From: Eledone cirrhosa
Taxonomy: Eukaryota
NCBI GenBank assembly: GCA_964016885.1
Contig: OZ024741.1
Location: 281,852,001-281,916,000 of the forward strand
Reading direction: 5' to 3'
Length of the DNA: 64,000 nucleotides
Below, piece after piece: positions 62,652 to 64,000 of the stretch (position 1 is the first letter of the stretch; the number at the start of each line of letters is the position of its first letter). The notes under the pieces were generated by a model. That model worked only from the letters and a program-made list of their open reading frames with translations, did not search any database and was not told the DNA's origin. The position numbers were made by a program, and so were the translations under genes.

Positions 62652-64000
62652 TCATCATCATCATCATCATCACCGTCTTACGTCCGTTCTTCCACGCTAG
62701 CATGGGTTAGACGGGTTGTCCTGTTGTGGGCAGTGTCTGGTCGGCTGACCATGCCTTGCTCATACAGGAACTGATTTGGCTTGATTTCTACAGCTGGATG
62801 CCCTTCCTAACACCAACCTCATTTACAGTGAGGGCTGGGTGCTTTTTCGTGGCGCCTACACGTCCACTTTACAGTGTGGGCTGGGTGCTTTTTTGCCGTG
62901 GCACCTCCACGACCACCTTGCGGTGGGGGGTGTGGGGGCATATTGTCTATATGCTTCAGCTTCGGCTTGTACCCATGGGAGGTCGGGTACTCTGTATTAC
63001 TGCATGACGCCAGAAGTCACGGTCGTGTGTCATTGTCTTTGACTTTGAAAGGTGTAATTGGGTAAGGTCGGCTTTTATCACCTCATCCCAGGTCATCTTG
63101 GGTCTCCCCACTCCGCGGTTTCCATCAACTTCTAGTGCTCTGCACCTTTTTATGCAGCTGTCATCCTTCATACGCATCACATGTCCATACCAGCGCAACC
63201 GCCTCTCCTGCACGCAGCATTTGATTCCTCTTATGCTCAGTCTCTCTCTCAATTCATTTATGCTTTGTCGTTCACGTATATTATTGTTACACATCCATCG
63301 GAGCATGCAGGCTTCGTTTCTCTCTAATCTACGTAAGTCTTCCACCTTCAGCGCCCAGGTCTCGCTACCATGCAACATCGCTGTTCGAATACACGCATCA
63401 TACAGTCTGCCTTTCATTCTGAGGGAGAAGCCTTTTGCAGCTAGCAGTGGTAGTAGTTCCCTAAACTTCTTCCATCCCGTTCTTACCCTAGTTATTGCAC
63501 TTTCTGAACACCCACCTCCGTTGCTAATTCGGTCATCTAGGTAGCAGAAGCTGTCTACTGTTTCTACAGGGCCCTCCCAGAGATTGGTGGTACTTGTTTC
63601 CTGTGGCTGTTTGCTGTTTGCTGTCTCAGCACAGCTGTTGCATGTGAATCCTACATTCTTAATTAAGCTTCCTGAGATCCCGCTACATCTCTTGTGTACC
63701 CATTGTTTGCATTTGGGGCAGAGAATGGAGTTCCTACCTACATCTTTCCTACATACTGAGCAAGGCCATTTCCCTGAAGGGATCTGGGTTCTGTTTTCTC
63801 GTCTACTTACAAGGACCTTAGTCTTTGTCATGTTGACTTTGAGACCCTTTCTTTCTAGTCCCTGCTTCCAGGTTTGGAATTTATTCTCTAGTTCTACCAT
63901 AGATTCAGCTATGAGTGCGAGGTCATCAGCATACAGGAGTTCCCATGGGCATCCGGTCTTAAACTCCTCCGTTATTGCCTGCAGGACTATGATGAACAGG
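62652..64000 (-). mobile_element. Second RTE LINE subfamily copy with PHD finger; continues beyond window end
   Basis: The frame is open from 64000 (LFIIVLQAITEEFKTGCPWELLYADD) to 62956. It has a 3'UTR and (CAT)n tail and is clearly diverged from the 52-55 kb copy. Confidence 0.95.

Overview
AT-rich, repeat-saturated animal genomic DNA. The SINE and LINE families suggest a coleoid cephalopod, probably Octopus (inferred from family resemblance). About 22.5 kb (9.2-31.7 kb) is a compound (TA)n/(TACA)n microsatellite field containing a 200-N assembly gap, and all the long I/Y/M/C or H/T/Y ORFs come from it. The only long real ORF is a young, 5'-truncated RTE-clade LINE (52642-55155, minus). It carries a complete C4HC3 PHD finger inserted inside its reverse transcriptase, and a second, divergent copy at the right edge keeps the same finger. 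Other content: a decayed maT/DD37D-like transposon, Expander/Rex3-like RTE 3' ends, tRNA-derived SINEs with clear TSDs, three families of TTAA-flanked piggyBac-like MITEs (often nested), pogo- and hAT-like MITEs, a non-autonomous Helitron, a Gypsy pol relic, and Penelope-like pieces including a fold-back with a minimal hammerhead ribozyme. One short candidate first coding exon (MGNTSSSPNNK, minus strand, 46033-46066) suggests most of the left part is one very large intron. No prokaryotic genes, CRISPR, rRNA or intact tRNA were seen.
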